A stretch of 32,000 nucleotides of DNA from Aciduliprofundum boonei T469 (GTDB lineage: Archaea; Thermoplasmatota; Thermoplasmata; Thermoplasmatales; Aciduliprofundaceae). The position numbers were made by a program, and so were the translations under genes. The notes below the pieces were generated by a model. The model saw only the letters and a list, made by a program, of their open reading frames with translations. It did not search any database and was not told the DNA's origin. Position 1 is the first letter of the stretch. Each line of letters begins with the position of its first letter. The stretch lies in assembly GCF_000025665.1 (NCBI RefSeq), contig NC_013926.1, forward strand, positions 720,001-752,000, read 5' to 3'. Positions 7,856-16,749 of this stretch are shown here, piece after piece.

Positions 7856-8722
7856 TCAATTCTTATAAGGGTTGCCGTATCTATCGCGCAACTTGCAAAA
7901 AGCGCAAATTTCACCACTTGTAGGCTCACCGCATTTTTTGCATTCTCGCAGCTCTCTCCTCTCCTCTGGAAAGAAATCTGCCATCTCCCAAATGGAGAGA
8001 ATCATCTGGTACCTGAAATTCTTCTTTTCTGCCTCTATTTCGTAGAATATCTCTTTCCAGCCTGAGAACTTTGCTAGGGGACATTTATCAGAGGAGTAGG
8101 GCACATTGTTGAGCTTTGCATACATCCCTATCTCCTTATCCCCTAAGAGATAGAGAGGTCGAATCTTTGGAAGCATCTTTGGGTGCTCGCTTGGTAAATA
8201 CGGTACCATGTTTCTGTTCCACTGATAATTTTTGGCAAGTGTATTTTTGAAGAAGAAATCCAGGAAATCATCCATATTGTGCCCCGTGGTAACAACGCTT
8301 GCTCCATTCTCCCTTGGCACCTTGTTCATCAGGTACCTCTTCACCGTTCCGCAGGCGGAGCAGGGTTTTCTTCTCACATTTTCAATTCCGAACCCATACT
8401 CCTCTCGGAGGTTTGTGACGATGAGCTCCACACCATATTCTTTACAAGCATTCCTTACTAATTTCTCCATCTTATCCGAATGCTCGCCGATTCCCAGGTT
8501 TATAAAATACCCAAATATATCGTAATCTCTCTCAGCAAAGTAATGCAGGAGCACCATACTATCTTTTCCTCCGCTGAGAGCTATGGCAATTTTTCCTTCA
8601 GGCTTGTATTTCTTTAGCACTTTTTCAATTCTTCTCTCAAATAACCTGTTGAAATCCTCCTTGCAGAGGTTCATTCCGAATGCGTACGTAACTGCCTCTT
8701 TACCACAAATCTTACACCGCAT
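7856..8722 (-). CDS. PP-loop ATPase, TtuA/Ncs6-type tRNA 2-thiolation enzyme
   Basis: PP-loop SGGKDS. N- and C-terminal CxxC zinc fingers (CKICG...C; CKKCG...CAFC). Fe-S ligand candidates PCSACG and DKCP. Confidence 0.8.
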   Translation of the reverse strand: MRCKICGKEAVTYAFGMNLCKEDFNRLFERRIEKVLKKYKPEGKIAIALSGGKDSMVLLHYFAERDYDIFGYFINLGIGEHSDKMEKLVRNACKEYGVELIVTNLREEYGFGIENVRRKPCSACGTVKRYLMNKVPRENGASVVTTGHNMDDFLDFFFKNTLAKNYQWNRNMVPYLPSEHPKMLPKIRPLYLLGDKEIGMYAKLNNVPYSSDKCPLAKFSGWKEIFYEIEAEKKNFRYQMILSIWEMADFFPEERRELRECKKCGEPTSGEICAFCKLRDRYGNPYKN

Positions 8723-8726
8723 AAAA

Positions 8727-8811
8727 TGCGGGGGGTGGGATTTGAACCCACGAAGGCCTACGCCACCGGATCTTAAGTCCGGCCCCTTTGGCCAAGCTCG
8801 AGAACCCCCGC
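8727..8811 (-). tRNA. tRNA-Leu (anticodon UAA), class II with a long variable arm
   Basis: Minus strand: GCGGGGGTTCTCGAGCTTGGCCAAAGGGGCCGGACTTAAGATCCGGTGGCGTAGGCCTTCGTGGGTTCAAATCCCACCCCCCGCA. The 7-bp acceptor stem, anticodon loop CTTAAGA and T-loop TTCAAAT were folded by hand. CCA is not encoded. Confidence 0.9.
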
Positions 8812-8833
8812 CTCCAAGGATTATGGGATTTTA

Positions 8834-8841
8834 GATAAAAA
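8834..8841 (-). promoter_or_regulatory. TATA box for tRNA-Leu
   Basis: Minus-strand TTTTTATC lies at about -23 to -30 relative to tRNA position 1. Confidence 0.5.
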
Positions 8842-8865
8842 TCTTTTGGGCAATAAAGATTTATC

Positions 8866-9150
8866 ATGTGCCTCTATTATGTTATTGTGGTTGTGAAAGA
8901 TAAGATTGGAAGAAGAAGGTATATATTGCTTAAAAATGAGCCCAAAATTAGAAAATTGATAAATGAGATTAGAAAAATAGATTCTTGGGCAAAAATCGTG
9001 TATTATGATGATAATTTTGCAATATTAAGATGCAGACATTGGTACAAGGATGATATTTTAGAAATATTGCACAATAATGGAATAAAAACTTACAGAACAT
9101 CTGGAACAATTAAAAAAACAAAAAGAATAATGCAAGGAATCAAACTTTAA
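8866..9150 (+). CDS. RNase P protein component 2 (Pop5/Rnp2), short form
   Basis: GRRRYILLK, AILRCRHWYKDDI and TSGTIKKTKR line up with the RYIAF, IIRC.R and VSGTIKRLKR blocks of archaeal Pop5. The start may be the ATG at 8866 or a nearby GTG. Confidence 0.65.
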   Translation: MCLYYVIVVVKDKIGRRRYILLKNEPKIRKLINEIRKIDSWAKIVYYDDNFAILRCRHWYKDDILEILHNNGIKTYRTSGTIKKTKRIMQGIKL

Positions 9151-9877
9151 TTGCCTTAACAATTTCTGATACAGCAGCTTTTATATCCTCTACCTCTTCA
9201 ACAAGGGTTCCTGTTACAATGATATCTGCACCTGCTTTTACAATATTCCTTGCATCCTCTGCTTTCCTTATTCCTCCACCGACAATTAACGGAATATCAA
9301 TCCAATCTTTAACCACTTTAACCATCTTCGGTGGTACTGGCTCTGGAGCTCCACTTCCTGCTTCTAGATAAACTAGCTGCATACCAAAGTACTGAGCTGC
9401 AAGAGCATATGCAGCAGCCATTTCTGGCTTATCTCTCCTTATCAACTCCGCCTTACCAACTTTTCCCACAGTCATCCCTGGCTCTATGATTATGTAGCCC
9501 ATTGAAATGGGCTCAATTCCAAGTTTCTTTATTATTGGCGCGCCCATCATTTGCTGCCTAATTAAGTATTCAGGGCTATTTGAGTTCAGTAAGCTCATAA
9601 AGTAGATGGCATCTGCGTATTTCGATATAACATGTGCACCGCTTGGGAACAGAATTATTGGAATAGGAACCGCTTCCTTTATCTTTAGAACTGTTTCATC
9701 GACCTTTTCCCTGCTTAGATCTGTGGAACCTCCTATCATTATTGCTCCTGTGCCAGCCTCGTACGCCTCTTTCGCCATTTTCGCTGCTTCTTCCGGACTT
9801 TGCTTTGCAGGGTCTATTAAAGTCATATGCATTTTTCTGGCACGAATCTCATTTATTATGTAATCCATAACTTTCAT
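9140..9877 (-). CDS. Geranylgeranylglyceryl phosphate synthase (PcrB/GGGPS family)
   Basis: 245 aa TIM-barrel pattern: HMTLIDP, IMIGGS, YLEAGSGA, IVGGGIR. GGTGAT lies upstream. The 3' end overlaps Pop5 convergently by 11 nt. Confidence 0.9.
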   Translation of the reverse strand: MKVMDYIINEIRARKMHMTLIDPAKQSPEEAAKMAKEAYEAGTGAIMIGGSTDLSREKVDETVLKIKEAVPIPIILFPSGAHVISKYADAIYFMSLLNSNSPEYLIRQQMMGAPIIKKLGIEPISMGYIIIEPGMTVGKVGKAELIRRDKPEMAAAYALAAQYFGMQLVYLEAGSGAPEPVPPKMVKVVKDWIDIPLIVGGGIRKAEDARNIVKAGADIIVTGTLVEEVEDIKAAVSEIVKAIKV

Positions 9878-9885
9878 TTTATCAC

Positions 9886-10707
9886 CTATGTTAATCCTCC
9901 AATCATGTATGCAATCAAACCTATTATCATTCCAACTTTGGCATATTGCTGTCCTTTCCTTGGATTTTTAAATTGGATTAATGCGGCATATATGAATATT
10001 GCGTCTGAAATTAGAACGGTGGAGAGATAGTAAATACTAAAACCCATACATACATATGGTAAAGGACTAAATGCAACTGCAAGGATGAAAAATATTAGGG
10101 CTATTATACCTGCCTCTGTTCGTCCAACTTTTTTTGGAAGTGTTATACGATTTATATCCCCTTCCATATCCTCAATATCCTTGACTATCTCCCTTCCCAA
10201 ATTTGAAGCAAAGGCCATTAGAGCGAATATGGTTATTCGAAGTATGGCTTCTACGCTAAAAATTGCAGCACCAAATATGAAAATTAGGCCCACAAGGATA
10301 CTTATAGTGGTATTCCCAGAAAGCCCTTTGTTTTTCAAATTTGATTCATAAACATACATGGCTATTTCTGCCGCAATAGCAATTATCAATGTAATAAAGT
10401 TGATGAGAGATGAAAAAATTAGAGCCAATATAAACATAGATATGCCAAAAATTAGAGCATTCTTAGGCTTGATCTTACCAGATGGTATGGGTCTCTCGGG
10501 GTGATTAATCAAATCCACTTCCTTATCATAATAATCGTTTAGAGCGTTTCCCCCTGCAACTGCAAAAAACACAACAAACATTCCAAATATTATATTAAGC
10601 CAGTAATTGCCTATGGTATGACCCTTAACTATTATGGCAACCATAATTATCGCTATGGATGCCATTGCGCAGTTGATGGGACGCATTAATTTAATGTATG
10701 CATTCAC
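9886..10707 (-). CDS. UbiA-family prenyltransferase, digeranylgeranylglyceryl phosphate synthase-like
   Basis: Multi-TM protein with Asp-rich motifs NALNDYYDKEVD and KDIEDMEGD. GTG start with TATTATAA about 25 nt upstream (leaderless-type). Confidence 0.85.
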   Translation of the reverse strand: MNAYIKLMRPINCAMASIAIIMVAIIVKGHTIGNYWLNIIFGMFVVFFAVAGGNALNDYYDKEVDLINHPERPIPSGKIKPKNALIFGISMFILALIFSSLINFITLIIAIAAEIAMYVYESNLKNKGLSGNTTISILVGLIFIFGAAIFSVEAILRITIFALMAFASNLGREIVKDIEDMEGDINRITLPKKVGRTEAGIIALIFFILAVAFSPLPYVCMGFSIYYLSTVLISDAIFIYAALIQFKNPRKGQQYAKVGMIIGLIAYMIGGLT

Positions 10708-10747
10708 AAGAGGGAAAATAGAAGGGAGTATTATAATACTTTTCCAC

Positions 10748-11809
10748 TCAGTTCAATTTTATCCTTTCAACCTGCAACTTATCCCAAGTTGGATATTCTT
10801 CAACTTCGTATGCATCCCATGGCAGTTCCCCAGCAATATCCTCGAGAATGTAGGGGGAGATTTCAACCCTATTGCGTTGAGAATTTATAGAGATTAAGTT
10901 ATCAGGAATATTGTACCTATCCTTCAAATATTGGTATATTTCTTGTAAATTTTTTCCCTCGATTATCCCTAAAATCAAAGTGGCATCCTCCGTGATTTCC
11001 TCATAATCCTTCTTTATATTCTTTGCTCTTCTCATAAGCCTTCTGCGCATTTGTATTCCATCCTTGAAGGCAGAAGAGCAGTAATGCACTACTATGTCCC
11101 AGTCCATACCAACAACCTCATAGGCAACTTCTTCGCTTCCTTTCACTGCGGAGGAAATATCATTCTTTGGCTCATAACCGCGCATATTTAGCTCCCTATA
11201 ATTTGTTTCAGAGAATTCAAGCTCGTTTAGATTTACAAAAACGCCCATATCGTTTGCAAATTTTACCAACGCAATAAGCTCATCTTTCATATCAGGAAGC
11301 ACGGGTACTTCAATTCCCGTATCCATTCTACTTTCAATTGCCCAATTTAAGCGCTTCTCGTATATGCTTCCCTGCATTTTTGTCCATAATTGAGGAGGTG
11401 GATGAAAGCGAATCTCATCTAAGCCTGCATCTGCCAATTTCTCTATTTTCTCTTTGCTTCCTGAAGCAGTATAAAGGTGTATGTGGTGCTCTTCTCCGAA
11501 ATTATCCTTGAGAAGATGAATATAGTGAATAACTCTATCAACCATCTCCATGGGATCTCCGCCTGTTATTCCTGTTCCCTTCGAATCTATCAATCTTGCC
11601 TCCAAAAGAACATCCTCATCGCTATGCACGGGCATTTCATCTGCAAAAATGACATCCCTATTCATCTTCTCCTTGCTGAGAGGGCAGTAGAAGCACCCGG
11701 CATGGCATATACCCGTTACGAAAAGAACCATCTTTGCCCCTTCTTCACAAAGTTTACAACCTCGTACAACCGGTTTATTCGTAGCAGCACCCAGTGGTAA
11801 GAGAATCAT
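10748..11809 (-). CDS. Radical SAM protein (COG2108-like, function unknown)
   Basis: CHAGCFYCP (Cx3Cx2C) and GITGGDP. The ORF-track start at 11848 is a TTG. I prefer the ATG at 11809, which has TTTTATAT about 25-30 nt upstream. Confidence 0.8.
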   Translation of the reverse strand: MILLPLGAATNKPVVRGCKLCEEGAKMVLFVTGICHAGCFYCPLSKEKMNRDVIFADEMPVHSDEDVLLEARLIDSKGTGITGGDPMEMVDRVIHYIHLLKDNFGEEHHIHLYTASGSKEKIEKLADAGLDEIRFHPPPQLWTKMQGSIYEKRLNWAIESRMDTGIEVPVLPDMKDELIALVKFANDMGVFVNLNELEFSETNYRELNMRGYEPKNDISSAVKGSEEVAYEVVGMDWDIVVHYCSSAFKDGIQMRRRLMRRAKNIKKDYEEITEDATLILGIIEGKNLQEIYQYLKDRYNIPDNLISINSQRNRVEISPYILEDIAGELPWDAYEVEEYPTWDKLQVERIKLN

Positions 11810-11844
11810 AAAAGTAGAGAAAGAAAGTGATATAAAATTGTTTC

Positions 11845-13632
11845 TCAAAAACTGTATGCTGCCACGAAGATAATGAGCAAAAGAGTCAATAGGATGTAGA
11901 GAACATATCTCCTGTCGTTTCCGGGCATTAGGGCTTTCCTGAATCTCTCCGAGGAATACACTGCAAATTTGGATATGGAAAGGTATGAGTTATGAACCAT
12001 GTCTCTCTGTTTCATCTCCTCCGTTCTGAAGAGCCATTTCTGCGTTAGAAGTAGTATGGAAGAATGCCCTCTGGTTGGATACTCCTCGTTCCTAAGACCT
12101 CCGCTCCACGGCTTCACCTTTCTTATTTTCCACTTTGCTCTCATGGCAGCGTAAACTATGCCAAAGTTTATGGCTATGAACAGAGCAATCATCGTAGGAG
12201 ATAGCACACCGAATCCCTTACCGGAGATTATCAGCATCCCATTGGGTATTCCCAATAATTTCCCGAGATATTGCTTAGAGGATATCCCGGTTATCCCCAT
12301 AACCGTCGGAGAAATTATTGAGAAAATATACTGGGGAAAGATACCTGCAAGAAGAAGCACTCCAGCGCCTATTCCAAAGCCGATGTCCCCCAAATTCGCA
12401 TTCTTTCTCTCTCTTCTTTCTACCCCGTGGACTATGAACTTGCTCATGGCGATTATGCTTATCCCCGCAGTTAGAGCAACCAGTGCCCCGATAACCACGG
12501 TCACAAGGCGAACCAGTATGTCGGATATGTAGAAAGATTGGAACATGGATTCAAGGGCTGCCCACTCTCCGATGAACCCTGGCAACGGCGGGACGCCCGC
12601 GAGGGAAATGGCAGCTAAGTACCCTGCAAGGGCTGTCCATCTTGTAAGCGAATATTTATTTCCCAAATATTCTCCCCCACTCTTTTCCAGATGCCCGGCA
12701 ACAGCAAATAAAAGAGATTTCGCGATTGTGTGCGCAAACGCAAAGAACAATAGGGCGAGAAGGATGAATCCTCCGATGACCTGTTGAACTTCGTACGTTA
12801 CTATTAAAGCTCCGGTCATAGCTATTAGGACTCCATCATTCTCAACTGTGCTGTACGCTGGCAATTTCTTAACATGGTCACAAACAGCGGCGTAGAAAGC
12901 ACCGATTATTGCCGTTATGCCACCCATTATCAAAATCACGAGGCCAACCCATGATGCAGGGATTCCGAATTGTAAGAACGAAATCATGCCGAAGAGTCCC
13001 ATGAGAGTCATAACCGCACTGAGCTGCGAGGACATGTTTGCAGGGGCCTTTGAGTGTGCTTCCGGAAGCCATATATGGAAGGGCACCACGGCCATCTTAA
13101 TCATGAATCCCAAGGCAAGGAGAAGGTAAATTAGGCTCCAATTACCCAAGGCATGCCACGCGGAGAATATTATGCTTCCAGATTCCGCGGATGCCCAAGC
13201 GAAGCCGGTGAGTATCAAAAGAGTGCTCAGTTCTCCAAACGCGAGAAACATGTAGGCAGCTCTCTTTGAATCCTTATGTAAATATATGCTCACGAACGAT
13301 GCGATGGTCATTCCTTCCCATCCGATTAGGAAAGAAAGGGCATTGGTTGATGTGAGAATTATAGTCATTGCTCCCGTGGTGAACGCAAAGGTGCTGGCCA
13401 GCAACCCGCTCTTTTTATCGTAGCCTACAGAGTAGAGGGATAGAAATAGCCAAGCAATGGAGGAGAGAATTATGAAATAACCGCTTATTTCATTTCCAAT
13501 TTCACCCAAGAAAGAGAAGTACAACAGCAGCGATGAGCCGATGGCAGTAAGAAGGTAAGATGTCATTTTAAATTTAAATCCGAGGAGTCCAGCGAGCAGA
13601 TAAACTGAGAGAACAATCAAAATGGGATTCAT
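11845..13632 (-). CDS. Antiporter-like membrane subunit (NuoL/HycC/HyfB-like) of the hydrogenase-related complex
   Basis: Polytopic protein with the WLPEAHSKAPANMSS..SAVM block of the proton-conducting transporter family. ATGA overlap with the upstream gene's stop (ATG at 13632). Confidence 0.85.
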   Translation of the reverse strand: MNPILIVLSVYLLAGLLGFKFKMTSYLLTAIGSSLLLYFSFLGEIGNEISGYFIILSSIAWLFLSLYSVGYDKKSGLLASTFAFTTGAMTIILTSTNALSFLIGWEGMTIASFVSIYLHKDSKRAAYMFLAFGELSTLLILTGFAWASAESGSIIFSAWHALGNWSLIYLLLALGFMIKMAVVPFHIWLPEAHSKAPANMSSQLSAVMTLMGLFGMISFLQFGIPASWVGLVILIMGGITAIIGAFYAAVCDHVKKLPAYSTVENDGVLIAMTGALIVTYEVQQVIGGFILLALLFFAFAHTIAKSLLFAVAGHLEKSGGEYLGNKYSLTRWTALAGYLAAISLAGVPPLPGFIGEWAALESMFQSFYISDILVRLVTVVIGALVALTAGISIIAMSKFIVHGVERRERKNANLGDIGFGIGAGVLLLAGIFPQYIFSIISPTVMGITGISSKQYLGKLLGIPNGMLIISGKGFGVLSPTMIALFIAINFGIVYAAMRAKWKIRKVKPWSGGLRNEEYPTRGHSSILLLTQKWLFRTEEMKQRDMVHNSYLSISKFAVYSSERFRKALMPGNDRRYVLYILLTLLLIIFVAAYSF

Positions 13633-14168
13633 GGGTTCCACCTCCCTGTGAGCATCAGGAGAGCTTTAAGTATCGCAATAGGTTGCGGGGGACAGCCGGA
13701 GACGCGGGCATCCACTTTTATTATTTTCTCTATTTTCTCGTTGGCACAGGCTCCAGCGGTCACAACTATTTTTGGTTTGGGCATTTGCTCATACGCCTCT
13801 TTAAGCACTGGAATCATCTTCTCCGTGGGCTCGCCTATCACGAGGAGGATGTCCGCATGCCTTGGCACGGGCGTGAAGAAGAAGCCGAGGCGATTCATAT
13901 CGTACTGTGGAGCACCTAGCAATGAGATTTCCCTATTACATGAGCTGCAAGAGCCAACATCTAAAACGAATATGTGCACCGATTTATTGAACGGTATTTT
14001 CCTACGCACTTCTATTTCATCATCCCTTTCTTCGCATCCATTCATGCACGAGTTGAAGCAGGAAAATCCGCAATCTTTGTCATAGAGTGATTTCGGTATG
14101 GATTTATCCTCCTCTTTTGGGAATTTCGTTGTTATTGTGCCTCTTTTTAGGCCTTTTGCAAGCCACAT
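13629..14168 (-). CDS. NuoB/HycG-like small subunit with a HycF-like N-terminal stub
   Basis: The four cluster ligands are kept: VGSCSSC, GACA, GCPPQP, plus PRHADILLV. The N-terminus KGLKRGTITTKFPKEE resembles the HycF N-terminus. TGATG coupling occurs at 14168 (alternative GTG at 14177). Confidence 0.85.
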   Translation of the reverse strand: MWLAKGLKRGTITTKFPKEEDKSIPKSLYDKDCGFSCFNSCMNGCEERDDEIEVRRKIPFNKSVHIFVLDVGSCSSCNREISLLGAPQYDMNRLGFFFTPVPRHADILLVIGEPTEKMIPVLKEAYEQMPKPKIVVTAGACANEKIEKIIKVDARVSGCPPQPIAILKALLMLTGRWNP

Positions 14169-15406
14169 CACCCCCACCTCCCGAAAATGTCCGCGTCTGA
14201 GAAATACGCACCGAAGCTGTCCAGAGCGAAGGGGAAATCGGTGAACACATTGCCCCGAATTCCCACGGAGAAAGCGTGATACATCACCAGAGAGGGCGGA
14301 CGTATGATTATTTCTCTCACCCTCCCTTTTTCAATTTTCACACCCATGTAAATGTCTCCGGGGGGCGCTTCCGCCATACCCTCGTAGAAACCATCCTTCT
14401 TCGCGTTTCTCTTAACTTTGCATTCTTTCAGCTCTATACTCTCAAGTATTTCAAAACTCTTTTCCACCTCTTTCACTCGTATCAAAAATCTTGAAAGCGA
14501 GTCGCCGTAGCTCTCCATGGGCGGAGAATAATCCCCATATAGATCTTTGAAAATTCCAATTTTTCTCGCATCTCTCAGAACCCCGCTGGCCCTCGCCGGA
14601 ATACCAACCCCATCGTTCCTTAAAATATCCAGCTTTTTAAGAATGCATGTGGTCTGAAGTCTATCGATGAATATTCTCGAATCGGATAATTCTTCCGCTG
14701 TCTCTAAGAACCATTTTTTCAGCTCGCTTAAATTTTCATGGAATTTATCGTATTTCCTCGGACCGGTACGCAGGAAGTTCATGCCGTAGCGATGGCCCAG
14801 AGTTTTAAGATTGAGGCGCAAAAACTCTTCTGTTATGGCAGCGAGATGCATGTTTGCCACCTTCTGCGACGCATCCCCCGCGAGCTTGTGCATAACCCAG
14901 ATGTGATTGTGCACCCTCTCCAACTCTTTCGCAAATAGTAAATAATCGGGGCAATCAATTCCAAACACCAGCCCGTAGAATAGCGAGGCGTAGGAAATTG
15001 AAAACTGCCCGGTTATTCTCTCCACGTAAGGCAAAGCTTCCCATGGCTCCTTTCCGATGGCTTTATTTAACATTTCTCTCTTTTTGAATCCCAGATATGG
15101 AACGAGGGAATCTATTCTCTCACCGCAGGTTGCTATTTTGAACGCTCCCGCCTCTCCAAGTCCACCAGCGGCTGGGCCATAAGTAAGCACCTTTCCGCAA
15201 TCCTTCGCTTCTATCTCATAATTATTCATGAAAGCCCTCGCGAGCGGTCTTCTTTCGTAGAATCCCTCTGGTATATTTTCCCACAAAGTGTGCTTTATCT
15301 CTCCGTTTTCGTAGTTTGTCCAGATGAAGCGATAACCATTATTTTCAGGGAGTATGGCAGTCAGCGCGTCATTGATTTTCATGGGGTCTTTGAACTCCTC
15401 GCTCAT
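14168..15406 (-). CDS. NuoD/HycE-like large subunit lacking the NiFe-binding cysteines
   Basis: YGPAAGGLGEAGAFKI..GERI...LGFKKREMLNK..ERITGQFSISYAS aligns to the GP.HaG..EPGHF...GE.I..LGY.HRG.EK...ER.CG.C...H blocks. The C-terminus is DSFGAYFSD instead of DPCxxCxDR. The start was reset to the ATG at 15406 (ATGA overlap); the ORF-track N-terminus overlaps the upstream gene. Confidence 0.85.
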   Translation of the reverse strand: MSEEFKDPMKINDALTAILPENNGYRFIWTNYENGEIKHTLWENIPEGFYERRPLARAFMNNYEIEAKDCGKVLTYGPAAGGLGEAGAFKIATCGERIDSLVPYLGFKKREMLNKAIGKEPWEALPYVERITGQFSISYASLFYGLVFGIDCPDYLLFAKELERVHNHIWVMHKLAGDASQKVANMHLAAITEEFLRLNLKTLGHRYGMNFLRTGPRKYDKFHENLSELKKWFLETAEELSDSRIFIDRLQTTCILKKLDILRNDGVGIPARASGVLRDARKIGIFKDLYGDYSPPMESYGDSLSRFLIRVKEVEKSFEILESIELKECKVKRNAKKDGFYEGMAEAPPGDIYMGVKIEKGRVREIIIRPPSLVMYHAFSVGIRGNVFTDFPFALDSFGAYFSDADIFGRWG

Positions 15407-16749
15407 AGGTTCCACCCCCAGAAGTAAATAATGAGGATTAGAAATAGAGATGCAATTGAGATTCCGAACGGAACCATTGACTCGGATAATTTTATCCTCC
15501 CCTCTTCGCCGTCGGAGAATAGCATTGATACTACGTGATAATTGAGCGCTAGAAAAGAGAGCAGAACTCCGGAAATCAGGAAGAAGAACAGCCATGGATG
15601 AGCGATAAGCGCGATGAAAATTCCAAACTCTCCGAAAAACATTGCAAATGGCGGGGCTCCTGTGACTGTCAGTGCGGATACCAGAATTGCGAAACTGAGT
15701 GTCTTTGAAGTTTCAATTAGATTTCTTATCTCACTTATTTCCTCTTTTCCGTGCCTCTTGAGCGTGCCTGCCGAGAGGAACAGCGCGGATTTACCGAACG
15801 CATGAGCGAGGAATACAACGAGTACAAAGTAAATGGCGCTGGGATAGAAATAGGTCAGCGATATTCCAACGGTGGCTATTCCCATAACATCCATACTGGA
15901 ATAGGCGAATAATCTCTTCGTTCTTTTCTGAGAGATCATAAGCAAAGATGCGACCCAGATCGTGAGAATTCCCAAAATCGCCGTGAGGTAGAATAGAGGA
16001 AGAGAATGCATGACCCCGTAAATCCTGTAAAAAACAATAAGTGATGAGGGTAAAAGGGCTCCGGATAGAAGGGCGCTCACGGGGGAAGGTGCAGTACCAT
16101 GGGCATCGGGGAGCCATGTGTGCATGGGAAACAGCCCCGCTTTGGTTCCAAACCCGATGAGAGCGAGGGAGCCAACTAAAAGCGCACCTTTTGAAATCGT
16201 TGCGTTTACCCATGTGAACCCTCCCGTGATTCCTCCGTAGAGAATTATTGAAAATAGCCCAATTGCAAGGCCTGATGAGGCGATGAGGACATAGCGCCAT
16301 GCGCTCTCAACATGGCTCTTTTCCTTCTCCATGAGAATGAGAGCTGCACTAATCACGGTGGATGCTTCCAGCCACAGCCACGCATAGCCCAATGAGGGTG
16401 TGCTTACTGCCAATAACATAGTGAGAGTAAAACCGGCCAGCAGAGACCAGCCGTAGTTGGGCGAGATGAAGAATCTTTTTATGTTTCGCATGCAAACATT
16501 GGCATGGAGGGCGGCGAAGAGGTAAATCATGGTGATGATGAGAAACATAACCTTCGTTACAAAGTCCACATACAGCCAAGAATTGTGGAAATCTGGCTGG
16601 ATGAGAAGATAGAGGGACAGAATGAAAGCCACAGAAGAAGCAAGGATATTGCTCAGTGTGGCCAAGGTGTTATTCTTAATCAGCGAAATAAGAGAGGCCC
16701 CGAGAACGGCGACAAATATTCCATATATTGCAATTTCCTGCATTTTCAT
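15403..16749 (-). CDS. Antiporter-like membrane subunit (NuoN/NuoM/HyfF-like)
   Basis: GTKAGLFPMHTWLPDAHGTAPSPVSALLSG block and about 14 predicted TM helices. Stop-start coupling at both ends. Confidence 0.8.
   Translation of the reverse strand: MKMQEIAIYGIFVAVLGASLISLIKNNTLATLSNILASSVAFILSLYLLIQPDFHNSWLYVDFVTKVMFLIITMIYLFAALHANVCMRNIKRFFISPNYGWSLLAGFTLTMLLAVSTPSLGYAWLWLEASTVISAALILMEKEKSHVESAWRYVLIASSGLAIGLFSIILYGGITGGFTWVNATISKGALLVGSLALIGFGTKAGLFPMHTWLPDAHGTAPSPVSALLSGALLPSSLIVFYRIYGVMHSLPLFYLTAILGILTIWVASLLMISQKRTKRLFAYSSMDVMGIATVGISLTYFYPSAIYFVLVVFLAHAFGKSALFLSAGTLKRHGKEEISEIRNLIETSKTLSFAILVSALTVTGAPPFAMFFGEFGIFIALIAHPWLFFFLISGVLLSFLALNYHVVSMLFSDGEEGRIKLSESMVPFGISIASLFLILIIYFWGWNL

Noticed and set aside
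8583-8834. 83-aa plus-strand ORF
   Set aside because: It overlaps the TtuA-like gene in antisense and the tRNA-Leu gene.
12158-14085. Plus-strand ORFs (124, 80, 70, 145 and 78 aa) opposite the NuoL-like and NuoB-like genes
   Set aside because: They are antisense shadows in a relatively GC-rich stretch. No motifs or start signals were found.
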